A DNA stretch of 64,000 nt, from assembly GCA_009914755.4 (NCBI GenBank), contig CP068257.2, positions 1,312,001 through 1,376,000 on the forward strand, written 5' to 3'. This document shows, one piece after another, positions 29,171-46,500 of this stretch. The first letter of the stretch is position 1. Each line of letters opens with the position of its first letter. The position numbers and the translations under genes are program-made. Under the pieces are notes generated by a model that worked only from the letters and a program-made list of their open reading frames with translations, did not search any database and was not told where the DNA came from. The DNA is from the human T2T-CHM13v2.0 reference genome, Homo sapiens.

Positions 29171-32119
29171 GTATTATATACTGTACATAAAATATGAAAG
29201 TACATAAAATATATATTTTATTCTGTACATAAAATATCAAAGTACACCAGATATATATTCTATAGTGTACATAAAATATCAAAGTACCCAAACTATACAT
29301 TATATACTGTACATAAAATATGAAATTACATCAAATATATATTATATTAGGTACATAAAATATGAAAGTACATCAAATATAGATTATATACTGTACATTA
29401 AATACCAAAGTACCCCAAATATATATTTTATACTGTACATGAAATATCAAAGTTCACAAACTATATATTATATACTGTACATATAATATCAAAGTACCCA
29501 AGGTATATATTCTATACTGTACAAAAAATAACAAAGTACCAAAAGCATGTATAATATACTGTACATAAAATATGAAAGTACATCAAATATATATTTTATT
29601 CTGTACATAAAATATCAAAGTACACCAGATATATATTCTATAGTGTACATAAAATATCAAAGTACCCAAACTATACATTATATACTGTAAATAAAATATG
29701 AAATTACATCAAATATATTTTATATTAGGTACATAAAATATGAAAGTACATCAAATATAGATTATATACTGTACATTAAATACCAAAGTACCCCAAATAT
29801 ATATTTTATACTGTACATGAAATATCAAAGTTCACAAACTATATATTATATACTGTACATAAATTATCAAAGTACCCAAGCTATATATTCTATACTGTAG
29901 AAAAAATATCAAAGTACCCAAAGCATGTATTATATAGTGTACATAAAATATGAAAGTACATCAAATATATATTTTATTCTGTACATAATATATCAAAGTA
30001 CACCAGATATATATTCTATAGTGTACATAAAATAACAAAGTACACAAACTATACATTATATACTGTACATAAAATATGAAATTACATCAAATATATATTA
30101 GGTACATAAAATATGAAAGTACGTCAAATATAGATTATATACTTTACATAAAATATCAATGTACCCCAAATATATATTTTATACTATACATGAAATATCA
30201 AAATTCACAAACCATATATTGTATACTGTACATAAAATATCAAAGTACCCAAGGTATATGTTCTATACTGTACAAAAAATATCAAAGTACCCAAAGCATA
30301 TATTATATACTGTACATAAAATATGAAAGTACATCAAATATATATTTTATTCCGTACATAAAATATCAAAGTACACCAGATATATATTCTATAGTGTACA
30401 TAAAATATCAAAGTACACAAACTATACATTACATACTGTACATAAAATATGAAATTACATCAAATATATATTATATAAGGTACATAAAATATGAAAGTAC
30501 ATCAAATATAGATTATATACTGTACATTAAATACCAAAGAACCCCAAATATATATTATATACTCTACATGATATATCAAAGTTCACAAACTATATATTAT
30601 ATACTGTACATAAAATATCAAAGTACCCAAGGTATATATTCTATACTGTACAAAAAATATCAAAGTACCCAAAGCATGTATTATATACTGTATATAAAAT
30701 ATGAAAGTACATCAAATATATATTTTATTCTGTACATAAAATATCAAAGTACACCAGATATATATTCTATAGTGTACATAAAATAACAAAGTACAAAAAC
30801 TATAAATTATATACTGTACATAAAATATGAAATTACATCAAATATATATTAGGTACATAAAATATGAAAGTACATCAAATATAGATTATATACTGTACAT
30901 AAAATATCAATATACCCCAAATATATATTTTATACTCGACATGAAATATCAAAGTTCACAAACCATATAATATATACTGTACATAAAATATCAAAGTACC
31001 CAAGGTATATATTCTATACTGTACAAAAGATATCAAAGTACCCAAATCATGTATTATATACTGTACATAAAATATGAAAGTACATCAAATATATATTTTA
31101 TTCTGTACATAAAATATCAAAGTACACCAGATATATATTCTATAGTGTACATAAAATATCAAAGTACCCAAACTATACATTATATACTGTACATAAAATA
31201 TGAAATTACATCAAATATATATTATATTAGGTACATAATATATGAAAGTACATCAAATATAGATTATATACTGTACATTAAATACCAAAGTACCCCAAAT
31301 ATATATTTTATACTGTACATGAAATATCAAAGTTCACAAACTATATATTATATACTGTACATATAATATCAAAGTACCCAAGGTATATATTCTATACTGT
31401 ACAAAAAATATCAAAGTACCCAAAGCATGTATTATATACAGTACATAAAATATGAAAGTACATCAAATATATATTTTATTCTGTACATAAAATATCAAAG
31501 TACACCAGATATATATTCTATAGTGTACATAAAATATCAAAGTACCCAAACTATACATTATATACTGTACATAAAATATGTAATTACATCAAATATATAT
31601 TATATTAGGTACATAAAATATGAAAGTACATCAACTATAGATTATATACTGTACATTAAATACCAAAGTACCCCAAATATATATTTTATACTGTACATGA
31701 AATATCAAAGTTCACAAACTATATATTATATACTGTACATAAAATATCAAAGTACCCAAGGTATATATTCTATACTGTACAAAAAATATCAAAGTACCCA
31801 AAGCATGTATTATATACTGTACCTAAAATATGAAAGTACATCAAATATATATTTTATTCTGTACATAAAATATCAAAGTACACCAGATATATATTCTATA
31901 GTGTACATAAAATATCAAAGTACCCAAACTATACATTATATACTGTACATAAAATATGAAATTACATCAAATATATATTATATTAGGTACATAAAATATG
32001 AAAGTACATCAAATATAGATTATACACTGTACATAAAATATCAAAATACCCCAAATATATATTATATACTCTACATGAAATATCAAAGTTCACAAACTAT
32101 ATATTATATACTGTACATA

Positions 32120-35100
32120 AAATAAAGTCCCCAAGGTATATATTCTATACTGTAGAAAAAATATCAAAGTACCCAAAGCATGTATTATATACTGTATATA
32201 AAATATGAAAGTACATCAAATATATATTTTATTCTGTACATAATATATAAAAGTACACCAGATATATATTCTATAGTGTACATAAAATAACAAAGTACAA
32301 AAACTATAAATTATATACTGTACATAAAATATGAAATTACATCAAATATATATTAGGTACATAAAATATGAAAGTACATCAAATATAGATTATATACTGT
32401 ACATAAAATTTCAATGTACCCCAAATATATATTTTATACTCTACATGAAATATCAAAGTTCACAAACCATATATTATATACTGTACATAAAATATCAAAG
32501 TACCCAAGGTATATATTCTATACTATACAAAAAATATCAAAGTACCCAAAGCATGTATTATATACTCTACCTAAAATATGAATGTACATCAAATATATAT
32601 TTTATTCTGTACATAAAATATCAAAGTACACCAGATATATATTCTATAGTGTACACAAAATATCAAAGTACCCAAACTATACATTATATACTGTACATAA
32701 AATATGAAATTACATCAAATATATTTTATATTAGGTACATAAAATATGAAAGTACATCAAATATAGATTACATACTGTACATTAAATACCAAAGTACCCC
32801 AAATATATATTTTATACTGTACATGAAATATCAAAGTTCACAAACTATATATTATATACTGTACATAAATTATCAAAGTACCCAAGGTATATATTCTATA
32901 CTGTAGAAAAAATATCAAAGTACCCAAAGCATGTATTATATACTGTACATAAAATATGAAAGTACATCAAATATATATTTTATTCTGTACATAATATATC
33001 AAAGTACACCAGATATATATTCTATAGTGTACATAAAATAACAAAGTACACAAACTATACATTATATACTGTACATAAAATATGAAATTACATCAAATAT
33101 ATATTAGGTACATAAAATATGAAAGAACGTCAAATATAGATTATATACTGTACATAAAATATCAATGTACCCCAAATATATATTTTATACTGTACATGAA
33201 ATATCAAAGTTCACAAACCATATATTATATACTGTACATAAAATATCAAAGTACCCAAGGTATATGTTCTATACTGTACAAAAAATATCAAAGTACCCAA
33301 AGCATGTATTATATACTGTACATAAAATATGAAAGTACATCAAATATATATTTTATTCTGTACATAAAATATCAAAGTACACCAGATATATATTCTATAG
33401 TGTACATAAAATATCAAAGTACCCAAACTATACATTATATAATGTACATAAAATATGAAATTACATCAAATATATATTATATTAGGTACATAAAATATGA
33501 AAGTACATCAAATATAGATTATATACTGTACATTAAATACCAAAGAACCCCAAATATATATTATATACTCTACATGATATATCAAAGTTCACAAACTATA
33601 TATTATATACTGTACATAAAATATCAAAGTACCCAAGGTATATATTCTATACTGTACAAAAAATATCAAAGTACCCAAAGCATGTATTATATACTGTATA
33701 TAAAATATGAAAGTACATCAAATATATATTTTATTCTGTACATAAAATATCAAAGTACACCAGATATATATTCTATAGAGTACATAAAATATCAAAGTAC
33801 CCAAACTATACATTATATAATGTACATAAAATATGAAATTACATCAAATATATATTATATTAGGTACATAAAATATGAAAGTACATCAAATATAGATTAT
33901 ATACTGTACATAAAATATCAAAGTACCCCAAATATATATTATATACTCTACATGAAATATCAAAGTTCACAAACTATATATTATATACTGTACATAAAAT
34001 ATCAAAGTACCCAAGGTATATATTCTATAATGTACAAAAAATATCAAAGTACCCAAAGCGTGTATTATATACTGTATATAAAATATGAAATTACATCAAA
34101 TATATATTTTATTCTGTACATAAAATATCAAAGTACACCAGATATATATTCTATAGTGTACATAAAATATCAAAGTACCCAAACTATACATTATATACTG
34201 TACATAAAATATGAAATTACATCAAATATATATTATATTAGGTACATAAAATATGAAAGTACATCAAATATAGATTATATACTGTACATTAAATACCAAA
34301 GTACCCCAAATATATATTTTATACTGTACATGAAATATCAAAGTTCACAAACTATATATTATATACTGTACATAAAATATCAAAGTACCCAAGGTATATA
34401 TTCTATACTGTACAAAAAATATCAAAGTACCCAAAGCATGTATTATATACTGTACCTAAAATATGAAAGTACATCAAATATATATTTTATTCTGTACATA
34501 AAATATCAAAGTACACCAGATATATATTCTATAGTGTACATAAAATATCAAAGTACCCAAACTATACATTATATAATGTACATAAAATATGAAATTACAT
34601 CAAATATATATTATATTAGGTACATAAAATATGAAAGTACATCAAATATAGATTATATACTGTACATTAAATACCAAAGAACCCCAAATATATATTATAT
34701 ACTCTACATGATATATCAAAGTTCACAAACTATATATTATATACTGTACATAAAATATCAAAGTACCCAAGGTATATATTCTATACTGTACAAAAAATAT
34801 CAAAGTACCCAAAGCATGTATTATATACTGTATATAAAATATGAAAGTACATCAAATATATATTTTATTCTGTACATAAAATATCAAAGTACACCAGATA
34901 TATATTCTATAGAGTACATAAAATATCAAAGTACCCAAACTATACATTATATAATGTACATAAAATATGAAATTACATCAAATATATATTATATTAGGTA
35001 CATAAAATATGAAAGTACATCAAATATAGATTATATACTGTACATAAAATATCAAAGTACCCCAAATATATATTATATACTCTACATGAAATATCAAAGT

Positions 35101-35887
35101 TCACAAACTATATATTATATACTGTACATAAAATATCAAAGTACCCAAGGTATATATTCTATAATGTACAAAAAATATCAAAGTACCCAAAGCGTGTATT
35201 ATATACTGTATATAAAATATGAAATTACATCAAATATATATTTTATTCTGTACATAAAATATCAAAGTACACCAGATATATATTCTATAGTGTACATAAA
35301 ATATCAAAGTACCCAAACTATACATTATATACTGTACATAAAATATGAAATTACATCAAATATATATTATATTAGGTACATAAAATATGAAAGTACATCA
35401 AATATAGATTATATACTGTACATTAAATACCAAAGTACCCCAAATATATATTTTATACTGTACATGAAATATCAAAGTTCACAAACTATATATTATATAC
35501 TGTACATAAAATATCAAAGTACCCAAGGTATATATTCTATACTGTACAAAAAATATCAAAGTACCCAAAGCATGTATTATATACTGTACCTAAAATATGA
35601 AAGTACATCAAATATATATTTTATTCTGTACATAAAATATCAAAGTACACCAGATATATATTCTATAGTGTACATAAAATATCAAAGTACCCAAACTATA
35701 CATTATATACTGTACATAAAATATGAAATTACATCAAATATATATTATATTAGGTACATAAAATATGAAAGTACATCAAATATAGATTATACACTGTACA
35801 TAAAATATCAAAGTACCCCAAATATATATTATATACTCTACATGAAATATCAAAGTTCACAAACTATATATTATATACTGTACATAA
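32120..35887. repeat. One copy of the ~3.76-kb, 10-HOR super-repeat, delimited by consecutive marker monomers. The next copy is 35888-39644, and a similar copy is 13870-17627.
   Basis: Marker monomer cataaaataaagtcccc..ctgtagaaaaaatatc lies at 32120, 35888 and 39645 (intervals 3768 and 3757) and at 13870/17628 (3758). Within each copy the order recurs: marker-HOR, FQC-type HOR (ORFs 32331, 36098, 39855), then CILYIKY/QRTP-type HORs (33082, 36849/37600). Confidence 0.7.
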
Positions 35888-35892
35888 AATAA
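33082..35892. repeat. About 2.5 tandem copies of a 3-HOR super-unit of ~1128 bp (HOR types 'R', 'M', 'L'). This is also the longest stop-free stretch in the window.
   Basis: The 936-aa artefact ORF shows the pattern [QRTPNIYYILYMIYQSSQ...SIEYIK...YIMYIKYE] [QSTPNIYYILYMKYQ...SIMYKK...SVYY...EITSNIYF] [QSTPNIYFILYMKYQ...YYILYLKYESTSNIYF] repeated in order. The same 3-HOR order is seen at 9948..11195 and 50992..52290. Confidence 0.75.
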
Positions 35893-38800
35893 AGTCCCCA
35901 AGGTATATATTCTATACTGTAGAAAAAATATCAAAGTACCCAAAGCATGTATTATATACTGTATATAAAATATGAAAGTACATCAAATATATATTTTATT
36001 CTGTACATAATATATCAAAGTACACCAGATATATATTCTATAGTGTACATAAAATAACAAAGTACAAAAACTATAAATTATATACTGTACATAAAATATG
36101 AAATTACATCAAATATATATTAGGTACATAAAATATGAAAGTACATCAAATATAGATTATATACTGTACATAAAATTTCAATGTACCCCAAATATATATT
36201 TTATACTCTACATGAAATATCAAAGTTCACAAACCATATATTATATACTGTACATAAAATATCAAAGTACCCAAGGTATATATTCTATACTATACAAAAA
36301 ATATCAAAGTACCCAAAGCATGTATTATATACTGTACCTAAAATATGAATGTACATCAAATATATATTTTATTCTGTACATAAAATATCAAAGTACACCA
36401 GATATATATTCTATAGTGTACACAAAATATCAAAGTACCCAAACTATACATTATATACTGTACATAAAATATGAAATTACATCAAATATATTTTATATTA
36501 GGTACATAAAATATGAAAGTACATCAAATATAGATTATATACTGTACATTAAATACCAAAGTACCCCAAATATATATTTTATACTGTACATGAAATATCA
36601 AAGTTCACAAACTATATATTATATACTGTACATAAATTATCAAAGTACCCAATGTATATATTCTATACTGTAGAAAAAATATCAAAGTACCCAAAGCATG
36701 TATTATATACTGTACATAAAATATGAAAGTACATCAAATATATATTTTATTCTGTACATAATATATCAAAGTACACCAGATATATATTCTATAGTGTACA
36801 TAAAATAACAAAGTACACAAACTATACATTATATACTGTACATAAAATATGAAATTACATCAAATATATATTAGGTACATAAAATATGAAAGTACGTCAA
36901 ATATAGATTATATACTGTACATAAAATATCAATGTACCCCAAATATATATTTTATACTATACATGAAATATCAAAGTTCACAAACCATATATTGTATACT
37001 GTACATAAAATATCAAAGTACCCAAGGTATATGTTCTATACTGTACAAAAAATATCAAAGTACCCAAAGCATGTATTATATAATGTACATAAAATATGAA
37101 AGTACATCAAATATATATTTTATTCCGTACATAAATTATCAAAGTACACCAGATATATATTCTATAGTGTACATAAAATATCAAAGTACACAAACTATAC
37201 ATTACATACTGTACATAAAATATGAAATTACATCAAATATATATTATATATGGTACATAAAATATGAAAGTACATCAAATATAGATTATATACTGTACAT
37301 TAAATACCAAAGAACCCCAAATATATATTATATACTCTACATGATATATCAAAGTTCACAAACTATAGATTATATACTGTAAATAAAATATCAAAGTACC
37401 CAAGGTATATATTCTATACTGTACAAAAAATATCAAAGTACCCAAAGCATGTATTATATACTGTATATAAAATATGAAAGTACATCAAATATATATTTTA
37501 TTCTGTACATAAAATATCAAAGTACACCAGATATATATTCTATAGTGTACATAAAATAACAAAGTACAAAAACTATAAATTATATACTGAACATAAAATA
37601 TGAAATTACATCAAATATATATTAGGTACATAAAATATGAAAGCATATCAAATATAGATTATATACTGTATATTAAATACCAAAGTACCCCAAATATATA
37701 TTTTATACTGTACATCCAATATCAAAGTTCACAAACCATATATTGTATACTGTACATAAAATATCAAAGTACCCAAGGTATATGTTCTATACTGTACAAA
37801 AAATATCAAAGTACCCAAAGCATGTATTATATACTGTACATAAAATATGAAAGTACATCAAATATATATTTTATTCCGTACATAAAATATCAAAGTACAC
37901 CAGATATATATTCTATAGTGTACATAAAATATCAAAGTACACAAACTATACATTACATACTGTACATAAAATATGAAATTACATCAAATATATATTATAT
38001 AAGGTACATAAAATATGAAAGTACATCAAATATAGATTATATACTGTACATTAAATACCAAAGAACCCCAAATATATATTATATACTCTACATGATATAT
38101 CAAAGTTCACAAACTATATATTATATACTGCACATAAAATATCAAAGTACCCAAGGTATATATTCTATACTGTACAAAAAATATCAAAGTACCCAAAGCA
38201 TGTATTATATACTGTATATAAAATATGAAAGTACATAAAATATATATTTTATTCTGTACATAAAATATCAAAGTACACCAGATATATATTCTATAGTGTA
38301 CATAAAATAACAAAGTACAAAAACTATAAATTATATACTGTACATAAAATATGAAATTACATCAAATATATATTAGGTACATAAAATATGAAAGTACATC
38401 AAATATAGATTATATACTGTACATAAACTATCAATGTACCCCAAATATATATTTTATACTCGACATGAAATATCAAAGTTCACAAACCATATAATATATA
38501 CTGTACATAAAATATCAAAGTACCCAAGGTATATATTCTATACTGTACAAAAAATATCAAAGTACCCAAAGCATGTATTATATACTGTACCTAAAATATG
38601 AAAGTACATTAAATATATATTTTATTCTGTACATAAAATATCAAAGTACACCAGATATATATTCTATAGTGTACATAAAATATCAAAGAACCCAAACTAT
38701 ACATTATATACTGTACATAAAATATGAAATTACATCAAATATATATTATATTAGGTACATAAAATATGAAAGTACATCAAATATAGATTATATACTGTAC

Positions 38801-40769
38801 ATTAAATACCAAAGTACCCCAAATATATATATTATACTGTACATGAAATATCAAAGTTCACAAACTATATATTATATACTGTACATATAATATAAAAGTA
38901 CCCAAGGTATATATTCTATACTGTACAAAAAATATCAAAGTACCCAAAGCATGTATTATATACAGTACATAAAATATGAAAGTACATCAAATATATATTT
39001 TATTCTGTACATAAAATATCAAAGTACACCAGATATATATTCTATAGTGTACATAAAATATCAAAGTACCCAAACTATACATTATATACTGTACATAAAA
39101 TATGTAATTACATCAAATATATATAATATTAGGTACATAAAATATGAAAGTACATCAACTATAGATTATATACTGTACATTAAATACCAAAGTACCCCAA
39201 ATATATATTTTATACTGTACATGAAATATCAAAGTTCACAAACTATATATTATATACTGTACATAAAATATCAAAGTATCCAAGGTATATATTCTATACT
39301 GTACAAAAAATATCAAAGTACCCAAAGCATGTATTATATACTGTACCTAAAATGTGAAAGTACATCAAATATATATTTTATTCTGTACATAAAATATCAA
39401 AGTACACCAGATATATATTCTATAGTGTACATAAAATATCAAAGTACCCAAACTATACATTATATACTGTACAGAAAATATGAAATTACATCAAATATAT
39501 ATTATATTAGGTACATAAAATATGAAAGTACATCAAATATAGATTATACACTGTACATTAAATATCAAAGTACCCCAAATATATATTATATACTCTACAT
39601 GAAATATCAAAGTTCACAAACTATATATTATATACTGTACATAAAATAAAGTCCCCAAGGTATATATTCTATACTGTAGAAAAAATATCAAAGTACCCAA
39701 AGCATGTATTATATACTGTATATAAAATATGAAAGTACATCAAATATATATTTTATTCTGTACATAATATATCAAAGTACACCAGATATATATTCTATAG
39801 TGTACATAAAATAACAAAGTACAAAAACTATAAATTATATACTGTACATAAAATATGAAATTACATCAAATATATATTTGGTACATAAAATATGAAAGTA
39901 CATCAAATATGGATTATATACTGTACATAAAATTTCAATGTACCCCAAATATATATTTTATACTCTACATGAAATATCAAAGTTCACAAACCATATATTA
40001 TATACTGTACATAAAATATCAAAGTACCCAAGGTATATGTTCTATACCATACAAAAAATATCAAAGTACCCAAAGCATGTATTATATACTGTACCTAAAA
40101 TATGAAAGTACATCAAATATATATTTTATTCTGTACATAAAATATCAAAGTACACCAGATATATATTCTATAGTGTACATAAAATATCAAAGTACCCAAA
40201 CTATACATTATATACTGTACATAAAATATGAAATTACATCAAATATATATTATATTAGGTACATAAAATATGAAAGTACATCAACTATAGATTATATACT
40301 GTACATTAAATACCAAAGTACCGCAAATATATATTTTATAGTGTACATGAAACATCAAAGTTCACAAACTATATATTATATACTGTACATAAAATATCAA
40401 AGTACCCAAGGTATATATTCTATACTGTACAAAAAATATCAAAGTACCCAAAGCATGTATTATATACTGTACCTAAAATATGAAAGTACATCAAATATAT
40501 ATTTTATTCTGTACATAAAATATCAAAGTACACCAGATATATATTCTATAGTGTACATAAAATATCAAAATACCCAAACTATACATTGTATACTGTACAT
40601 AAAATATGAAATTACATCAAATATATATTATATTAGGTACATAAAATATGAAAGTACATCAAATATAGATTATACACTGTACATAAAATATCCAAGTACC
40701 CCAAATATATATTATATACTCTACATGAAATATCAAAGTTCACAAACTATATATTATATACTGTACATA

Positions 40770-41500
40770 AAATAAAGTCCCCAAGGTATATATTCTATAC
40801 TGTAGAAAAAATATCAAAGTACCCAAAGCATGTATTATATACTGTATATAAAATATGAAAGTACATCAAATATATATTTTATTCTGTACATAATATATCA
40901 AAGTACACCAGATATATATTCTATAGTGTACATAAAATAACAAAGTACAAAAACTATAAATTATATACTGTACATAAAATATGAAATTACATCAAATATA
41001 TATTAGGTACATAAAATATGAAAGTACATCAAATATAGATTATATACTGTACATAAAATTTCAATGTACCCCAAATATATATTTTATACTCTACATGAAA
41101 TATCAAAGTTCACAAACCATATATTATATACTGTACATAAAATATCAAAGTACCCAAGGTATATATTCTATACTATACAAAAAATATCAAAGTACCCAAA
41201 GCATGTATTATATACTGTACCTAAAATATGAATGTACATCAAATATATATTTTATTCTGTACATAAAATATCAAAGTACACCAGATATATATTCTATAGT
41301 GTACACAAAATATCAAAGTACCCAAACTATACATTATATACTGTACATAAAATATGAAATTACATCAAATATATTTTATATTAGGTACATAAAATATGAA
41401 AGTACATCACATATAGATTATATACTGTACATTAAATACCAAAGTACCCCAAATATATATTTTATACTGTACATGAAATATCAAAGTTCACAAACTATAT
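40770..41500. repeat. Marker-HOR plus FQC-type HOR block that recurs at 52286-53020 (+11515 bp offset). The 1.8-2 kb that follow differ between the two positions even though the total length is conserved.
   Basis: Marker lies at 40770 and 52286. ORFs 40981..41520 and 52496..53071 share the N-terminal 170 aa. Beyond 41.5 kb/53.0 kb the monomer variants differ, but the +11515 offset is restored from ~43.55 kb/55.07 kb. Confidence 0.55.
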
Positions 41501-43549
41501 ATTATATACTGTACATATAATATCAAAGTACCCAAGGTATATATTCTATACTGTACAAAAAATAACAAAGTACCAAAAGCATGTATAATATACTGTACAT
41601 AAAATATGAAAGTACATCAAATATATATTTTATTCTGTACATAAAATATCAAAGTACACCAGATATATATTCTATAGTGTACATAAAATATCAAAGTACC
41701 CAAACTATACATTATATACTGTAAATAAAATATGAAATTACATCAAATATATTTTATATTAGGTACATAAAATATGAAAGTACATCAAATATAGATTATA
41801 TACTGTACATTAAATACCAAAGTACCCCAAATATATATTTTATACTGTACATGAAATATCAAAGTTCACAAACTATATATTATATACTGTACATAAATTA
41901 TCAAAGTACCCAAAGTATATATTCTATACTGTACAAAAAATATCAAAGTACCCAAGGCATGTATTATATACTGTACATAAAATATGAAAGTACATCAAAA
42001 ATATATTTTATTCTGTACATAATATATCAAAGTACACCAGATATATATTCTATAGTGTACATAAAATAACAAAGTACACAAACTATACATTATATACTGT
42101 ACATAAAATATGAAATTACATCAAATATATATTAGGTACATAAAATATGAAAGCACATCAAATATAGATTATATACTGTACATAAAATATCAATGTACCC
42201 CAAATATATATTTTATACTGTACATGAAATATCAAAGTTCACAAACCATATATTGTATACTGTACATAAAATATCAAAGTACCCAAGGTATATGTTCTAT
42301 ACTGTACAAAAAATATCAAAGTACCCAAAGCATGTATTATATACTGTACATAAAATATGAAAGTACATCAAATATATATTTTATTCCGTTCATAAAATAT
42401 CAAAGTACACCAGATATATATTCTATAGTGTACATAAAATATCAATCTACACAAACTATACATTATATACTGTACATAAAATATGAAATTACATCAAATA
42501 TATATTATATAAGGTACACAAAATATGAAAGTACATCAAATATAGATTATATGCTGTACATTAAATACCAAAGAACCCCAAATATATATTATATACTCTA
42601 CATGAAATATCAAAGTTCACAAACTATATATTATATACTGTACATAAAATATCAAAGTACCCAAGGTATATATTCTATACTGTACAAAAAATATCAAAGT
42701 ACCCAAAGCATGTATTATATACGGTATATAAAATATGAAAGTACATCAAATATATATTTTATTCTGTACATAAAATATCAAAGTACACCAGATATATATT
42801 CTATAGTGTACATAAAATATCAAAGTACCCAAACTATACATTATATACTGTACATAAAATATGAAATTACATCAAATATATATTATATTAGGTACATAAA
42901 ATATGAAAGTACATCAAATATAGATTATATACTGTACATTAATTACCAAAGTACCCCAAATATATATTTTATACTGTACATGAAATATCAAAGTTCACAA
43001 ACTATATATTATATACTCTACATATAATATCAAAGTACCCAAGGTATATATTCTATACTGTACAAAAAATATCAAAGTACCCAAAGCATGTATTATATAC
43101 AGTACATAAAATATGAAAGTACATCAAATATATATTTTATTCTGTACATAAAATATCAAAGTACACCAGATATATATTCTATAGTGTACATAAAATAACA
43201 AAGTACACAAACTGTAAATTATATACTGTACATAAAATATGAAATTACATCAAATATATATTAGGTACATAAAATAAGAAAGTACATCAAATATAGATTA
43301 TGTACAGTATATAAAATATCAATGTACCCCAAATATATATTTTATACTCTACATGAAATATCAAAGTTCACAAACCATATATTATATACTGTACATAAAA
43401 TATCAAAGTACCCAAGGTATATATTCTATACTGTACAAAAAATATCAAAGCACCCAAAGCATGTATTATATACTGTACATAAAATATGAAAGTACATCAA
43501 ATATATATTTTATTCTGTACATAAAATATCAAACTATACCAGATATATA

Positions 43550-46500
43550 TTCTATAGTGTACATAAAATATAAAAGTACCCAAACTATACATTATATACT
43601 GTACATAAAATATGTAATTACATCAAAAATATATTATATTAGGTACATAAAATATGAAAGTACATCAAATATAGATTATATACTGTACATAAAATATCAA
43701 AGTACCCCAAATATATATTATATACTCTACATGAAATATCAAAGTTCACAAACTATATATTATATACTGTACATAAAATATCAAAGTACCCAAGTTATGT
43801 ATTCTAAACTGTCCAAAAAATATCAAAGTATCCAAAGCATGTATTATATACTGTATATAAAATATGAAAGTACATTAAATATATATTTTATTCTGTACAT
43901 AAAATATCAAAGTACACCAGATATACATTCTATAGTGTACATAAAATAACAAAGTACACAAACTATAAATTATATACTGTACATAAAATATGAAATTACA
44001 TCAAATATATATTAGGTACATAAAATATGAAAGTACATAAAATATAGATTATATACTGTACATATAATATCAATGTACCCCAAATATATATTTTATACTC
44101 TACATGAAATATCAAAGTTCACAAACCATACATTATATACTGTACATAAAATATCAAAGTACCCAAGGTATATATTCTATACTGTACAAAAAATATCAAA
44201 GTACCCAAAGCATGTATTATATACTGTACATAAAATATGAAAGTACATCAAATATATATTTTATTCTGTACATAAAATATCAAAGTACACCAGATATATA
44301 TTCTATAGTGTACATAAAATATAAAAGTACCCAAACTATACATTATATACTGTACATAAAATATGAAATTACATCAAATATATATTATATTAGGTACATA
44401 AAATATGAAAGTACATCAAATATAGATTATATACTGTACATAAAATATCAAAGTACCCCAAATATATATTATATACTCTACATGAAATATCAAAGTTCAC
44501 AAACTATATATTATATACTGTACATAAAATATCAAAGTACCCAAGGTATGTATTCTATACTGTCCAAAAATTATCAAAGTATCCAAAGCATGTATTATAT
44601 ACTGTATATAAAATATGAAAGTACATTAAATATATATTTTATTCTGTACATAAAATATCAAAGTACACCAGATATATATTCTATAGTGTACATAAAATAT
44701 AAAATACCCAAACTATACATTATATACTGTACATAAAATATGTAATTACATCAAAAATATATTATATTAGGTACATAAAATATGAAAGTACATCAAATAT
44801 AGATTATATACTGTACATAAAATATCAAAGTACCACAAATATATATTATATACTCTACATGAAATATCAAAGTTCACAAACTATATATTATATACTGTAC
44901 ATAAAATATCAAAGTACCCAAGGTATGTATTCTATACTGTCCAAAAAATATCAAAGTATCCAAAGCATGTATTATATACTGTATATAAAATATGAAAGTA
45001 CATTAAATATATATTTTATTCTGTACATAAAATATCAAAGTACACCAGATATATATTCTATAGTGTACATAAAATAACAAAGTACACAAACTATAAATTA
45101 TATACTGTACATAAAATATGAAATTACATCAAATATATATTAGGTACATAAAATATGAAAGTACATCAAATATAGATTATATACTATACATATAATATCA
45201 ATGTACCCCAAATATATATTTTATACTCTACATGAAATATCAAAGTTCACAAACCATACATTATATACTGTACATAAAATATCAAAGTACCCAAGGTATA
45301 TATTCTATACTGTACAAAAAATATCAAAGTACCCAAAGCATGTATTATATACTGTACATAAAATATGAAAGTACATCAAATATATATTTTATTCTGTACA
45401 TAAAATATCAAAGTACACCAGATATATATTCTATAGTGTACATAAAATATCAAAGTACCCAAACTATACATTATACACTGTACATAAAATATGAAATTAC
45501 ATCAAATATATATTAGGTACATTAAATATGAAAGTACATCAAATATAGATTATATACTGTACATAAAATATCAAAGTACCCCAAATATATATTATATACT
45601 CTACATGAAATATCAAAGTTCACAAACTATATATTATATACTGTAAATAAAATATCAAAGTACCCAAGGTATATATTCTATACTGTACAAAAAATATCAA
45701 AGTACCCAAAGCATGTATTATATACTGTACATAAAATATGAAAGTACATCAAATATATATTTTATTCTGTACATAAAATATCAAAGTACACCAGATATAT
45801 ATTCTATAGTGTACATAAAATAACAAAGTACACAAACTATAAATTATATACTGTACATAAAATATGAAATTACATCAAATATATATTAGGTACATAAAAT
45901 ATGAAAGTGCATCAAATATAGATTATATACTGTACATAAAATATCAATGTACCCCAAATATATATTTTATACTCTACATGAAATATCAAAGTTCACAAAC
46001 CATATATTATATACTGTACATAAAATATCAAAGTACCCAAGGTATATATTCTATACTGTACAAAAAATATCAAAGTACACAAAGCATGTATTATATACTG
46101 TACATAAAATATGAAAGTACATCAAATATATATTTTATTCTGTACATAAAATATCAAAGTACACCAGATATATATTCTATAGTGTACATAAAATATCAAA
46201 GTACCCAAACTATACATTATACACTGTACATAAAATATGAAATTACATCAAATATATATTATATTAGGTACATAAAATATGAAAGCACATCAAATATAGA
46301 TTATATACTGAACACTAAGTACCAAAGTACCCCAAATATATATTTTATACTGTACATCAAATATCAAAGTTCACAAACTATATATTATATACTGTACATA
46401 AAATATCAAAGTACTCATGGTATATATTCTATACTGTACAAAAAATATCAAAGTACCCAAAGCATGTATTATATACTGTACATAAAATATGAAAGTATAT

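Noticed and set aside
33082-35892. 936-aa open reading frame (the longest in the track), plus dozens of similar 60-490-aa ORFs on the + strand
   Set aside because: The translation is a perfectly 14-aa periodic Y/I/K-rich string that mirrors the 42-bp satellite monomer. The ORF length is set only by where 373-bp HOR forms or stop-bearing variant monomers occur. It is not a gene.
41500-43550. Interior of the 11.5-kb duplication initially assumed to be part of one continuous 9-kb paralogous block (40.8-50 kb against 52.3-61.5 kb)
   Set aside because: Direct comparison of monomer variants showed that the 41.5-43.5 kb and 53.0-55.0 kb interiors differ. I therefore reported the flanks as separate matches and the interior as a possible conversion tract.
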